Both the position numbers and the translations under genes were made by a program. The notes beneath the pieces were generated by a model, which saw only the letters and a program-made list of their open reading frames with translations, was not told the origin of the DNA and did no database searches. Positions 25,925 through 35,539 of a DNA stretch of 64,000 bases are shown here, piece by piece; position 1 is the first letter of the stretch, and every line of letters starts with the position of its first letter. Source of the DNA: Candidatus Uhrbacteria bacterium (lineage in GTDB: Bacteria; Patescibacteriota; Patescibacteriia; UBA9934; GWF2-40-263); contig JAHFIQ010000001.1 of assembly GCA_023246355.1 (NCBI GenBank), positions 286,247 through 350,246 on the forward strand, read 5' to 3'.

Positions 25925-27955
25925 CTACGTCTGGTGGATGCGAGCCATGATGGTGTCGCGCTTGCGCAGCACATCCATCATGTTCACGGGAACGCGATTT
26001 CCTTCCTGCTTCGCGGCTCGCTCACACAGCATGATCGCCATGTGAGTGACCACCTCGTGATTGACCAGCAGGTCGAGCGACCCGGCTCGGTCTTTCTTGG
26101 CTGCCTGGGCTTCAGGTGCCGCGAAGTTGAACCAGATCGTGCACCTGGTGTCTCCAGCCGGGACAAACATCGCGAGTTTGGTGCGCTGATTTTTCTGCTC
26201 AGCAAACGGGAGAGACGTGATCGTGAAGGTGACACCGTCGACGACGAGCACCTTTTTCAAGACGGCCGTTCCAGGTCCGTCGCCGGTACGAGGCTTGGCC
26301 GTTCGCACGCTCAAGCGTGCTTCAGCTTTACTTCCGTCGCTGGCCTTGCACGTAATCGTGTAGTTGCCAGGTTCCATGGGCGCGGTGACTTCTGCACTGC
26401 GCGTGTCATCACTCATCCGGATTCGGCCTTTCTCCGTGGTCGTCCAAGTGAGGCCAGACTTGCCGTCGTCGTTGACCACACGCACTGTCCCGGTCTCACC
26501 TGGCTCCAGAACCAACTCACGCGGAGAGAGCGTGAAGGCGAGTTCCTGGTCGAGTCGGATTTCGCAGACAGCGCTTGGGGTGATCTCCTCCCCTTCAGAT
26601 GCGTGTCCAACGAGTTTCATCTTGTACCGGCGACCTTCTTCCTTCCCAGCCCGATAGGTGATCTGGGTGGGACCGGTGAGAGTCGCGGTCGCTTTTGCGC
26701 CCGAGAGCCACTTGTCATCCACCAGGATCGAGCCACCGGACTGCGTAGCATCGAGCTCGCAGATGTCTTCTGCCCCCGCGTTCAAGACCTGAAAGACGAA
26801 GGTTGTCCCGCATACGAGCGTTACTCGTGCCGGCTTGAATGCCAAGGCGGTCGTGGGCGTGCGAGGCGGCGGGACATTGACCTGCGTCGTCTCTCCCACC
26901 TTCTCGATGAGCCTCTGGACCACGCGCTCAATGACTTCGTCAGACGCACCTTCTACTTGCGTGTCCAGGCGAGCCCTACGGCGGATTTCCGGAAGCAGGG
27001 TGCTGTGCACGTGTTGGACCACAAGCTTGAAGCTCGGATCCTTGAATAGCAGGGGCTTGAAGAAGCGGCGGGTATGCTCTCCTTCGAAGTTTTTCCATGC
27101 ATGCACACGAATCATGAACCAGACGTTGGGGTGCAGGAGCTCTGGCGCCAGACCAGCCTCCAGACGCCCCAGTTGGTCCAAGAGTTCCGAGTGGCTGCAC
27201 ACATGCGCGCCCCAGGTTCCCCAGGAACGGTCCTGGTCTTTCACCTGGTCGTCGGCAAATCCGGCGATGATCTCCACTTGCCCCACACCCGGGACTTCAT
27301 CCTGGGCACGGTAGAACTCCCCTTTGGGAAAGTCGATGCGCGGCTTTTCGCCGTTGATCGTGATCATGTCCAGCTGCCAGGGCGAGAGGACACGTGCGAT
27401 GTTGCGCAGGACCTCGCCAGGCAGCACGCGGATGGCGGACTTGCCTTGCCAAGGTTTGGTGAGGCGAATCACCGTGCCGGTTCCCTTCACGCGGGCACCG
27501 GAGGTGGACTTGGGGATCTTGTTGGTCTTGATGCCGCCGCTTGCGCCCGTCTGCGAAGCTTTCCAAGCCTCGTCGTGGGAGTAGCTCAGGTGATGGCAAT
27601 CGGGGTCCTCCGACCAAGCCGTCCAGACATCCATGTGGTCAAAAGCGAGCCAGAGGGCCGTGTGACCTGTGCCGTTTTCCCCAATGGTTGAATCATCGCC
27701 TTGCTTGGACGATTCGGCCATGCCGATGAACTCAGGCCATACCTGCCGGCGCATGCCCATGCCATTGTCTTCGAACTGGAGGAATTCTCCATGCCGGTCG
27801 ATGGTGATGTCGATCTTGGTTGCTCGCGCATCCACGGCGTTCGTGATCCCTTGACCGACGATCCCTGAGGGAGTGATGGCCACACCCAGGCCCATCTTGC
27901 GAAACGATGAAGCGCCAAGTTTTCCACGGACAAGTTCGTTGGTGGCAGAAGCCAT
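25925..27955 (-). CDS. GHKL-superfamily ATPase (HATPase_c_3 / MORC-Hsp90-like N-terminal domain) with C-terminal Ig-like repeats (island gene 4)
   Basis: 676 aa. Bergerat-fold motifs: N-box ITNAVDARATKIDITID, G1 box FEDNGMGM, G2 box IGENGTGHTALW. The C-terminal 250 aa contain beta-rich repeats (GETGTVRVVNDDGKSGLTW...; GNYTITCKASDGSKAEARLSV). The long opposite-strand ORF is the usual high-GC artefact. Confidence 0.65.
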   Translation of the reverse strand: MASATNELVRGKLGASSFRKMGLGVAITPSGIVGQGITNAVDARATKIDITIDRHGEFLQFEDNGMGMRRQVWPEFIGMAESSKQGDDSTIGENGTGHTALWLAFDHMDVWTAWSEDPDCHHLSYSHDEAWKASQTGASGGIKTNKIPKSTSGARVKGTGTVIRLTKPWQGKSAIRVLPGEVLRNIARVLSPWQLDMITINGEKPRIDFPKGEFYRAQDEVPGVGQVEIIAGFADDQVKDQDRSWGTWGAHVCSHSELLDQLGRLEAGLAPELLHPNVWFMIRVHAWKNFEGEHTRRFFKPLLFKDPSFKLVVQHVHSTLLPEIRRRARLDTQVEGASDEVIERVVQRLIEKVGETTQVNVPPPRTPTTALAFKPARVTLVCGTTFVFQVLNAGAEDICELDATQSGGSILVDDKWLSGAKATATLTGPTQITYRAGKEEGRRYKMKLVGHASEGEEITPSAVCEIRLDQELAFTLSPRELVLEPGETGTVRVVNDDGKSGLTWTTTEKGRIRMSDDTRSAEVTAPMEPGNYTITCKASDGSKAEARLSVRTAKPRTGDGPGTAVLKKVLVVDGVTFTITSLPFAEQKNQRTKLAMFVPAGDTRCTIWFNFAAPEAQAAKKDRAGSLDLLVNHEVVTHMAIMLCERAAKQEGNRVPVNMMDVLRKRDTIMARIHQT

Positions 27956-28075
27956 GATGGCTGTCTCCTGTGAAGAGGTGATACCTCACAAGCGCGAAAT
28001 CGCTTATGAAGTTCCATCAGAGGTTGTCCTTTGACGACCACTGGTGGAATAGCGAGAGGAGCTCTCTCGCAGCCG

Positions 28076-29359
28076 TTAGGATTTGATGTCGTCCAGATCC
28101 CCTCCACCCAATCCTGTTGCCGTGACTCTCATGTCCAGGAACATGCTTGGCAAGTCTTCGTCTGCCACATCCATATGCCTGATGTGAATGGACATTTCAT
28201 CAAAGGCGTGACGCAGACGTCGCAGGACTGCCCGCTTGTCGTTATGTTCCATCGAGTTGATTTGCGCCAGACGCCTTGTGAGTTCACCGATGAGATTCGC
28301 AGTGTCATCAACCTCGTCGAGGCTGAACACAGCTTCACGTTTGAACGAAGCGGCCGTGAGCACAAACCGCATGCCGCTGACCACCTCACCCGGATCATCC
28401 GTCTTTCCTGCGGGTGGTGAAGAGCGTCGTGCACGAAGTTCCGCGATGATCCCTTCCAGTCCACGAGTGAGAATCTCTTCTATCGTGGAAGGTTCCTCAT
28501 TCGGTTTTTCGACTGGTTGTACGGGGGTTCGAATTCCTTGATGCGGCATCACCGTGGTAGTCACGGTCGCAGAAGTTCTCTCTGCGCTCAACCATTCGGG
28601 GAATGCGATTTGGATCGCACGCAGAAGGGTTTCGAACTTTTCACGCGAGGGTCGCTGGCCCTTTCGCCAGTCGATCAGGAGCGTTGCGCTGAAGACCTGT
28701 TCGCCAAGGCCGCCGTTGAGCTTCTTGGCAATGTGATCGACGCGTTCATGTGGGACCTGCTTGGTCATCCACGTTTTGAACGCGTTGTCGCCTACGAGCT
28801 CAGGGATGCGTTCACACCCTCGGCCGAAGACGTTCCACTGCCCTTCCATGTAGAAGAGGGTGTCGCTTCCCCAGGTTTGTCTTTCACCTCCACTGCGAGC
28901 GTCTTCTGTGCAGAAACGGATGATCGCCACGATGTTCTCGAAGCCCGGGAGACTCTTTGCATCTTTGTTACAGAACGAGTCAAGCTCGGTCCCATCAAAG
29001 AACATGCGAGAGAGTTGTTTGTCCCCGCCGATTCTCTCGATGTAGGGACGCAGCAGGCCAACAACGTCCTGCCGTGTTTTGACCTCTGGGAACCAGTCCC
29101 TTGTGGGGTCCACGGCCTTCTTGGCCATGTCCACCCACGTTGTTCCAACGTCGATGTCCACGGCAGTGAGCTTTCTTTGGATCCTTGGCGATTGGAGGGA
29201 GAACCGAACCTTTTTGCTCAGCTCGCCTTCCGCCTGGATCATGCTGTAGAGGTTGTCCAGTCCTGCAATTCGCAGGGCTGATGTGCGCTTGGGTTCCGGT
29301 TGCGCGGCTACCCAGGCTTCCAGTTGTTCGAGGACTGTACGTCCTTGGGGAGCAGGCAT
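28076..29359 (-). CDS. hypothetical protein (island gene 5), immediately downstream of and co-oriented with... divergent from gene 6
   Basis: I placed the start at MPAPQGRTVLEQLEAW, preceded by AAGGAGATCCA-ATG (good SD). 427 aa with no recognisable domain. The ORF-track N-terminal 75 aa extension lacks an SD and overlaps the divergent gene. Confidence 0.5.
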   Translation of the reverse strand: MPAPQGRTVLEQLEAWVAAQPEPKRTSALRIAGLDNLYSMIQAEGELSKKVRFSLQSPRIQRKLTAVDIDVGTTWVDMAKKAVDPTRDWFPEVKTRQDVVGLLRPYIERIGGDKQLSRMFFDGTELDSFCNKDAKSLPGFENIVAIIRFCTEDARSGGERQTWGSDTLFYMEGQWNVFGRGCERIPELVGDNAFKTWMTKQVPHERVDHIAKKLNGGLGEQVFSATLLIDWRKGQRPSREKFETLLRAIQIAFPEWLSAERTSATVTTTVMPHQGIRTPVQPVEKPNEEPSTIEEILTRGLEGIIAELRARRSSPPAGKTDDPGEVVSGMRFVLTAASFKREAVFSLDEVDDTANLIGELTRRLAQINSMEHNDKRAVLRRLRHAFDEMSIHIRHMDVADEDLPSMFLDMRVTATGLGGGDLDDIKS

Positions 29360-29521
29360 TGGATCTCCTTGGGTCTTTTTCCTCAGGTTTTGGTCTGAAT
29401 GAGGACAGGTCAGAGTAAAAGAAACAGTTCTGAATGTCAAGATTAGCCGCTTGACGGGATCACGGCAAGGTGATTCACTGTTCCCCTTGCGACGAGCAAG
29501 AAACCCCTTCAGGAGTCGAGC

Positions 29522-30694
29522 ATGTCTTCTCCCCCTTTGGCAGAGCCCGCGTCTGTTGATCCCGCCAAGCCCATTGATACCCACCCATGCTACTTCTGGT
29601 GCTGGGTCGAGGCTGTTCGACGATACTGGGATTCCAAGCGTGGATCCGATACGCCGTTGAATGCCAGGGTAGATTTCTACCCGATCATCTTTCGCTACTA
29701 CAAACCAAGGGTCGACACGAAGAAACCGAACCCTTCTGTCTATCTGTCGTACATGAAGAAGGCGGGGATGATTCGCAGGTTCGGAGCAGACGCTGGTGAC
29801 TCAGGTCGTGGAAGGGATACATTCTACGTTCCCGAGACAGAGATCACGCTGCGCGTTGGCGGGAAGGTGGTCTACACGCCAAGAGATCTTGATGCCCTGC
29901 TGGAGGGTGATGAGCGGTTCCAGCCTCCCAGTGAGGTGGTGGAGCCGGCATCTGAGGGCGAGCCGCCTGATGCTGATGCAGGTGACGATGGCGGCGGGGC
30001 AGCAGATGAGGCCGATCCTCCCGCGGCTGAGCCAGCGGTGAAGGAGAAAAAGCGTCGCAACAGGCAGAGGAGTCCGGAGCAGAATGCCTTGGTCGGCAAG
30101 CTTGTGAAAGTCCTGTGGGCAGCGGCAGAGCCAACGGACGATCCAGCCTGGCGCGTGATCGCGAAATCCGCGGCCAGAGACCATGCGGTGCGAGAGTGCG
30201 GACATGTTCTGCACTACACCACGCTCTTTCGACTCGGTTTCCTGAAGTCAGGGGCAGATCACGAAACGTGTCTCATCACGGATCCCAACGCAGGTTTCCG
30301 TGAGGCGCTGGCCGCTCCGAAGCGGGGACAGAATCCTGAACAGCCGGCGGAGACTTCCGTGTGTGGCTCTTCCAGTCTGTCCATCGAGCAGATCAGTGCC
30401 AGGATCACTGAACGCGAGGCAAGCTTCAGCACACAGGAGCTGGAAGATGAGCGCGCCGTCGTGCTGCGGGATGTCACGGCAAAACGTGCAGAGCTCGCCG
30501 CGATTGATGAGACACGTCTGCGTCTGCGTGAAGAGCTGCGAGGGCTTGAGACTTCTAGTGAGGCGCTGGCCGCCCAAATCGAGACTCGTATGATGCAGCG
30601 CCAGCAGGATCCCCTGCTTCTGGATCTGAATTGGGCGCGCGACAATTTCGAGCGACTCCAAAGGGTGCTGGCAGATTCTGTACCCAAGAGTTAA
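29522..30694 (+). CDS. hypothetical protein with acidic low-complexity linker and C-terminal coiled coil (island gene 6)
   Basis: 390 aa. The N-terminal about 110 aa form a basic/aromatic, possibly DNA-binding domain (PCYFWCWVEAVRRYWDSKRG...). D/E/G-rich linker, KKRRNRQR, and a coiled-coil C-terminus. Confidence 0.5.
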   Translation: MSSPPLAEPASVDPAKPIDTHPCYFWCWVEAVRRYWDSKRGSDTPLNARVDFYPIIFRYYKPRVDTKKPNPSVYLSYMKKAGMIRRFGADAGDSGRGRDTFYVPETEITLRVGGKVVYTPRDLDALLEGDERFQPPSEVVEPASEGEPPDADAGDDGGGAADEADPPAAEPAVKEKKRRNRQRSPEQNALVGKLVKVLWAAAEPTDDPAWRVIAKSAARDHAVRECGHVLHYTTLFRLGFLKSGADHETCLITDPNAGFREALAAPKRGQNPEQPAETSVCGSSSLSIEQISARITEREASFSTQELEDERAVVLRDVTAKRAELAAIDETRLRLREELRGLETSSEALAAQIETRMMQRQQDPLLLDLNWARDNFERLQRVLADSVPKS

Positions 30695-30738
30695 GACACG
30701 ACCCGTTCGCTCTCTGCGACCGGGTTTTCAAATTCAAA

Positions 30739-30767
30739 ACACCCCAGCAGACCGGGGTGTTTTTTTG
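30739..30767. terminator. bidirectional rho-independent terminator (ACACCCC-agcagac-CGGGGTGT + T7) between island gene 6 and hppA
   Basis: 8 bp G/C stem with TTTTTTT downstream on plus. On the minus strand the stem is followed by TTTTGAATTT. Confidence 0.75.
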
Positions 30768-30768
30768 T

Positions 30769-32745
30769 TTAGACGATCAAGGCAACGATGAGCAGAGCGA
30801 CGATGTTCAAAATTTTGATCATCGGGTTTAGGGCTGGGCCGGCAGTGTCTTTGTACGGGTCGCCCACCGTGTCGCCTGTGACAGCGGCTTTGTGTGCATT
30901 GCTTCCCTTGCCGCCGAAGTGACCAGCTTCAATATATTTTTTGGCATTGTCCCAGGCGCCGCCGCCAGTGGTCATCGAGATGGCGACGAACAGTCCGGTG
31001 ATAATGGAACCGATGAGCAAACCGCCCAAGGCTTCAGCTCCCAGTCCAAATCCTACAACGATCGGTGCAAGCACGGCCAAGAGGGACGGGGCGATCATGT
31101 ACTTGATCGCACGAGTCGTGACGATGTCGACAGCCTTGCCGTACTCAGGTTTGCCTGTGCCATCCATGATGCCTGGAATTTCACGAAACTGTCGTCGGAC
31201 TTCTTCTACGACTGCGCCAGCGGCTTTTCCAACCGCCTCCATGGCCATAGCGCCGAACAAATAGCTCACAAGTCCTCCCAAGAAAAGGCCCGCGATTACA
31301 TGTGGATCAACCAAGTTGAAAATGATGTGCGTGCCAGTGGCTTCGATCGTGTGAACGTAGTCGCCAAACAGTACGAGTGTGGCAAGTCCTGCTGAACCAA
31401 TGGCGTAGGCCTTCGTCACAGCTTTTGTGGTGTTGCCAACCGCGTCCAGGGGATCGGTAATGGCGCGGACTTCCTCTGGCAGGTCGGCCATTTCAGCAAT
31501 GCCTCCTGCGTTGTCGGTGATCGGACCATAGGCATCGATGGCGACAATGATTCCGGTGAGCGACAACATTGCCACAGCCGCAATCGCAATGCCGTAGAGA
31601 CCAGCAAGGTTGTAGGCGATGAGGATTCCAAGGACAATGGTGAGAACAGGCAGAGCTGTGGCTTTCATGGAAAGCGCAATGCCTGCGATGATGTTGGTCC
31701 CGTGACCGGACTGTGAAGCCTCAGCGAGTTTTTGCACGGGTTTGTATTCCGTGGCTGTGTAGTATTCGGTGATCATGATGAGGAGCGCTGTGATGACGAG
31801 TCCAAGCACGCCACAGAAGAAGAGTTCCTGGCTGTTCTCAAACATGAAAAGATTTGTCACAAACCAGAAGCCAATGCCTGCAAAGATTCCTGCGGCGGCG
31901 AGGCCTTTGTAGAGCGCACCCATGATGTTTTTTGTGGTGCCAAGTTTGATGAAGAAGGTTCCCAGAATAGACGCAATGATGGCGACGGCACCAAGGGCAA
32001 GTGGATACAAGACAAGACCTTCGTCACTCGAGAGAAGACTTCCCAAGACCATGGTGGCCACCAGGGTCACTGCGTATGTTTCAAAAAGATCAGCGGCCAT
32101 GCCAGCGCAGTCGCCGACGTTGTCGCCGACGTTATCCGCAATCACGGCTGGGTTGCGTGGATCGTCTTCGGGAATATTGGCTTCTGTTTTTCCAACGAGG
32201 TCTGCACCGACATCAGCAGCCTTTGTGAAGATACCCCCGCCAAGTCGCGCGAATACAGAGATCAGTGAGCCACCAAATCCAAGTCCAATGAGGGCACCCA
32301 CGTCTTGGGTTACAAAGAAAAATCCAGCAACACCCAACAGCGCAAGTCCCACCACAAGAAGTCCTGTGACCGTTCCGCCTTTGACCGCGACGTCCAGTGC
32401 TTCAGCCAGTCCTTTTTTTGCTGCCTCGGTGGTACGGACATTCGCACGCACAGAAACGCTCATGCCGACAAATCCAGCCACGCCAGAGAGAACAGCTCCT
32501 ACGAGAAATCCAACGGCGAGCGTCCAATCGAGCACGAGGCCCAGCAGGACAAAAATAATCACGCCAATCACGGCGATCACTTTGTACTGACGAGCGAGAT
32601 AGGCGTTTGCCCCTTCTTGAATAGCAAGGGCAATGCCTTTCATTTTTCCTTCCCCGGCAGGCTGCTTCAAAATCCATTGAGTCAGAACAGCTCCCCAGAG
32701 AATCGCGAGAATTCCGGCCGCGATGGCGTAGAGTATAATGGGCAT
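30769..32745 (-). CDS. hppA: membrane-bound proton/sodium-translocating pyrophosphatase
   Basis: 658 aa, about 16 TM. Conserved H+-PPase motifs GGG(I/L)[24 protein letters not shown] and [13 protein letters not shown]. Confidence 0.95.
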   Translation of the reverse strand: MPIILYAIAAGILAILWGAVLTQWILKQPAGEGKMKGIALAIQEGANAYLARQYKVIAVIGVIIFVLLGLVLDWTLAVGFLVGAVLSGVAGFVGMSVSVRANVRTTEAAKKGLAEALDVAVKGGTVTGLLVVGLALLGVAGFFFVTQDVGALIGLGFGGSLISVFARLGGGIFTKAADVGADLVGKTEANIPEDDPRNPAVIADNVGDNVGDCAGMAADLFETYAVTLVATMVLGSLLSSDEGLVLYPLALGAVAIIASILGTFFIKLGTTKNIMGALYKGLAAAGIFAGIGFWFVTNLFMFENSQELFFCGVLGLVITALLIMITEYYTATEYKPVQKLAEASQSGHGTNIIAGIALSMKATALPVLTIVLGILIAYNLAGLYGIAIAAVAMLSLTGIIVAIDAYGPITDNAGGIAEMADLPEEVRAITDPLDAVGNTTKAVTKAYAIGSAGLATLVLFGDYVHTIEATGTHIIFNLVDPHVIAGLFLGGLVSYLFGAMAMEAVGKAAGAVVEEVRRQFREIPGIMDGTGKPEYGKAVDIVTTRAIKYMIAPSLLAVLAPIVVGFGLGAEALGGLLIGSIITGLFVAISMTTGGGAWDNAKKYIEAGHFGGKGSNAHKAAVTGDTVGDPYKDTAGPALNPMIKILNIVALLIVALIV

Positions 32746-32810
32746 AGAGACAAAAGTTCGATTAAAAATACGTCGGTAGTCTAAGAAAAAAGTCGGTTTG
32801 TGTCAACCAT

Positions 32811-33182
32811 ATGGATGAAGCATTACCAGAAAATATTCGACCTTGGGGACACTATGATGTTTTGGATGCAGGCCAAACACATCAAGTGAAACGGATTACC
32901 GTTGAGCCCGGCAAACGTCTTTCGTATCAGCGTCATCAGCGCCGAGAAGAATTTTGGGTGATCGTTTCAGGTCGAGCGCTGTTTATCCTCAACGATCAAG
33001 AATCTTTTCATGGCTCGGGAGAAGTCCTTCACGTCCCGCAAGGATCAAAGCATCGCGTCGCGTGTATCAGTGACGTGCCACTCGTGTTCATCGAGGTTCA
33101 ACGCGGCGATTATTTTGGGGAAGACGATATCGAAAGATTTGATGATGACTTTGGACGTGAAGGCACAACGCGTCCACATTGA
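32811..33182 (+). CDS. cupin-domain protein (mannose-6-phosphate isomerase type II C-terminal-like cupin)
   Basis: 123 aa, RPWGHYDVLDAGQTHQVKRITVEPGKRLSYQRHQRREEFWVIVSG...HVPQGSKHRVACISDVPLVFIEVQ, the cupin_2 His/Glu pattern typical of ManC C-terminal cupins. Confidence 0.75.
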   Translation: MDEALPENIRPWGHYDVLDAGQTHQVKRITVEPGKRLSYQRHQRREEFWVIVSGRALFILNDQESFHGSGEVLHVPQGSKHRVACISDVPLVFIEVQRGDYFGEDDIERFDDDFGREGTTRPH

Positions 33183-33222
33183 TTGACGAGGTGAGCTTTT
33201 TTCGGTACGCTCTTTTACACGC

Positions 33223-34527
33223 ATGAACCTCTCGGTCAAACAATTTTTTGTCCGCGTGCTCCTCTCCCTCTTGCGTGGGCTGATTCTCGTCAAACGACAT
33301 GCAGGGAGTGTTGCCGGAAAGGTTTTCAGGCCCATCAAAACCGTTGGGCTGTTTTTTGTCCGTCTGTTTGGTGTGCCTCTGGTGCGCGTGATCCTTCTCA
33401 CTCGCCGCTCTATTGACCGTGCCCTCTCCCCAGCAAAGCATCAACTCGTCTCTGTCATCAGTAATCGATTTACCATTCATGTCATCATGGTGGTGATTGT
33501 GTTCTCTGTGGCCTTTGTGAACATCTCAGCCCGCGATGTTCGCGCGGAAGATTTTGGTCAACAGAGCCTGCTGTATCAATTGGTCTCTACGGATCAATTT
33601 TCCCAACTGGAAGTGGTGGAAGCAGGATCTGCTGTTTTGACGATTGGCGGGGATGCTTCGTATCTTGCCGACGCGGTTGTCGATGCACAACGACATGTGG
33701 ACTTAGATTATTTGGAGGAAGTCTATGTGACACCTGAGACAGGGCAGGCTGAAGTCGCAAAACCGGTTGTCCCAACACGGGAAGGGATTCAAACGTACGT
33801 GATTCAAGAGGGCGATACACTCGGCGCGATTGCGGAAAAATTTGGTTTGAGTCTCTCGACGATTCTCTGGAGCAACAACTTGAGTTTTACCAGTACGATC
33901 CAACCTGGCGATGAGCTGTCGATTCTTCCAGTGGATGGGGTTCTCTATACCGTAAGAAGTGGCGACACCCTTTCGTCCATTGCCAGAAACTTTTCTGTCG
34001 ACACAAAGACGATCATGGCGCAAAATGGAATTGAGAGTGCGGATCGACTTGCCATCGGCGATAAGCTCCTGCTCCCAGGCGGAGAACCACCAGCGCCAGT
34101 TGCTTCGGCCAGACGCAGTGCTTCCATTTCTGAGTTGTTCAGTGCGCCTTCGTCCTCAGCTGTCGTTGCGGGTGGATGGACCTGGCCGACCGACTGGCAT
34201 GTCATCACACAATATTTCGGATGGAAACATACAGGACTTGATATCGATGGTGATTATTCCACCCATAGTTATGCCACCCGTGGTGGCACGGTCATTTATT
34301 CCGGTTGGCGCAGTGGGTACGGACTCTGTGTGGAAGTGGATCATGGTGATGGCTATGTCACCCGCTACGCACATCATTCACAAAATTTCGTGAATGTTGG
34401 CGATGTCGTCTCGGCTGGGCAAGCACTCGGCCAAACAGGATCGACCGGTCACTCAACAGGAACACATCTTCACTTTGAGATTATTTATAATGGACACTTT
34501 CAAAATCCATTGGACTATATCCGTTAG
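33223..34527 (+). CDS. membrane-anchored M23 family metallopeptidase with two LysM domains
   Basis: LysM motifs YVIQEGDTLGAIAEKFGLSLSTILWSNNL and YTVRSGDTLSSIARNFSVDTKTIMAQNGI. M23 active-site motifs HTGLDIDG...DHGDGYVTRYAHH...GSTGHSTGTHLHFEI. Confidence 0.9.
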   Translation: MNLSVKQFFVRVLLSLLRGLILVKRHAGSVAGKVFRPIKTVGLFFVRLFGVPLVRVILLTRRSIDRALSPAKHQLVSVISNRFTIHVIMVVIVFSVAFVNISARDVRAEDFGQQSLLYQLVSTDQFSQLEVVEAGSAVLTIGGDASYLADAVVDAQRHVDLDYLEEVYVTPETGQAEVAKPVVPTREGIQTYVIQEGDTLGAIAEKFGLSLSTILWSNNLSFTSTIQPGDELSILPVDGVLYTVRSGDTLSSIARNFSVDTKTIMAQNGIESADRLAIGDKLLLPGGEPPAPVASARRSASISELFSAPSSSAVVAGGWTWPTDWHVITQYFGWKHTGLDIDGDYSTHSYATRGGTVIYSGWRSGYGLCVEVDHGDGYVTRYAHHSQNFVNVGDVVSAGQALGQTGSTGHSTGTHLHFEIIYNGHFQNPLDYIR

Positions 34528-34545
34528 TCTTATGAGGCCTGTCCT

Positions 34546-34929
34546 ATGAGGAGCACGTGCACAAATTGCAAAGCCGAAGTAGAGGCGTGGAATGAACAGT
34601 GTGGAGGTTGTGGATTCACCCTTGTGCTTGAGCCAGATGAAAAGCGTCGGGCAAAATTTTTGCGCGGCCCGGCGCTTGGGGCACTTCTGTTTACGCAAGG
34701 ATGGACGTTAGGGGCAAGAGTGTATTTTTGGTTTTTGATTTCGCTTATTCCTGTTGTCGGGATTGCCGCGCTTCTTCTGAATGTCATCTTCGGGCGACGA
34801 TGGTCGTGGAAATATGGTGGATGGGGCGATTGGGAATCGTTTGTAAAACGGATGCGTCTCATGGATGCGATTGGCGTGGGATGGATCGTGCTGCTTGGAT
34901 GTGTCTATCTTTATTTTCGTTTACATTAA
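34546..34929 (+). CDS. hypothetical small membrane protein with N-terminal zinc-ribbon (CxxC...CxxC)
   Basis: 127 aa, MRSTCTNCKAEVEAWNEQCGGCGF, followed by 2-3 TM helices. Confidence 0.5.
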   Translation: MRSTCTNCKAEVEAWNEQCGGCGFTLVLEPDEKRRAKFLRGPALGALLFTQGWTLGARVYFWFLISLIPVVGIAALLLNVIFGRRWSWKYGGWGDWESFVKRMRLMDAIGVGWIVLLGCVYLYFRLH

Positions 34930-35017
34930 CGTTTCATTGAATCTATGGCCAAAGGAAACAATGCACAGCAGAGAAAAATCAAGAAGCCGAAGAAAGAGAA
35001 GAAGAAGTAAATGAAAA

Positions 35018-35048
35018 TCCGTCCTGAGTTGGACGGATCGTGAGGTCA
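35018..35048 (-). terminator. terminator for the lipoprotein gene (ATCCGTCC-aactca-GGACGGAT then UUUUCAUUU on minus strand)
   Basis: 8 bp stem at about 35021-35044. On the minus strand it is followed by a T-rich run, just after the gene end at 35054. Confidence 0.5.
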
Positions 35049-35053
35049 GTGGT

Positions 35054-35539
35054 TCAGGGCTGGCAAGCGAGAGCGGAACAGCCTTCTCCCTCCGGGTCGG
35101 ACCAGCTGCTGACGTCCCAGGTCTCACCCGACCAGTTGAGGTAGGTCTCTGTGATGAGATCGGCGTTGTACGACGTGTTGTCGTTGCCTTCGCACAGGTA
35201 GCGGCCATCCCGGTAGTTCACGTTCCACCGGATACACTCGATGTTGTCAACCACGACGTTGTAGCCATGGTCATCGAGTGTGTCCTGGAGATCTTCGGGA
35301 GTGGTATTGAGCTGAACCACGTCGGGGCAGTCGAGCGTGAGGTGCCAGCCGAGCTGACCGACCTGGTCTTCTCGTTCCGAGAACTCGACGGTGAGGCTTG
35401 CGCTCTGGTCGCGATCCTCGGCAACCAGCAGGATCCACTCATCAGTGCAGTCTGCACAATCGTTGCCGTTGTCATCGCCTTCGTCGGTTTGAAATCCGAC
35501 ACAGCCTGTCATCGTGACCGAAATCAGCATGAACCGCAT
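35054..35539 (-). CDS. hypothetical acidic lipoprotein
   Basis: 161 aa. Signal peptide MRFMLISVTMTGC has a lipobox-like TMTGC. D/E-rich, multiple Cys. Confidence 0.5.
   Translation of the reverse strand: MRFMLISVTMTGCVGFQTDEGDDNGNDCADCTDEWILLVAEDRDQSASLTVEFSEREDQVGQLGWHLTLDCPDVVQLNTTPEDLQDTLDDHGYNVVVDNIECIRWNVNYRDGRYLCEGNDNTSYNADLITETYLNWSGETWDVSSWSDPEGEGCSALACQP

Noticed and set aside
25919-27049. 376-aa plus-strand ORF antisense to the GHKL ATPase gene
   Set aside because: Arg-rich mirror ORF of a GC-rich gene. The minus-strand product has clear ATPase motifs.
34945-35013. 22-codon Lys-rich mini-ORF MAKGNNAQQRKIKKPKKEKKK
   Set aside because: No SD and no context. It lies in an A-rich spacer next to a terminator hairpin and is probably a chance ORF, though a tiny basic peptide cannot be excluded.
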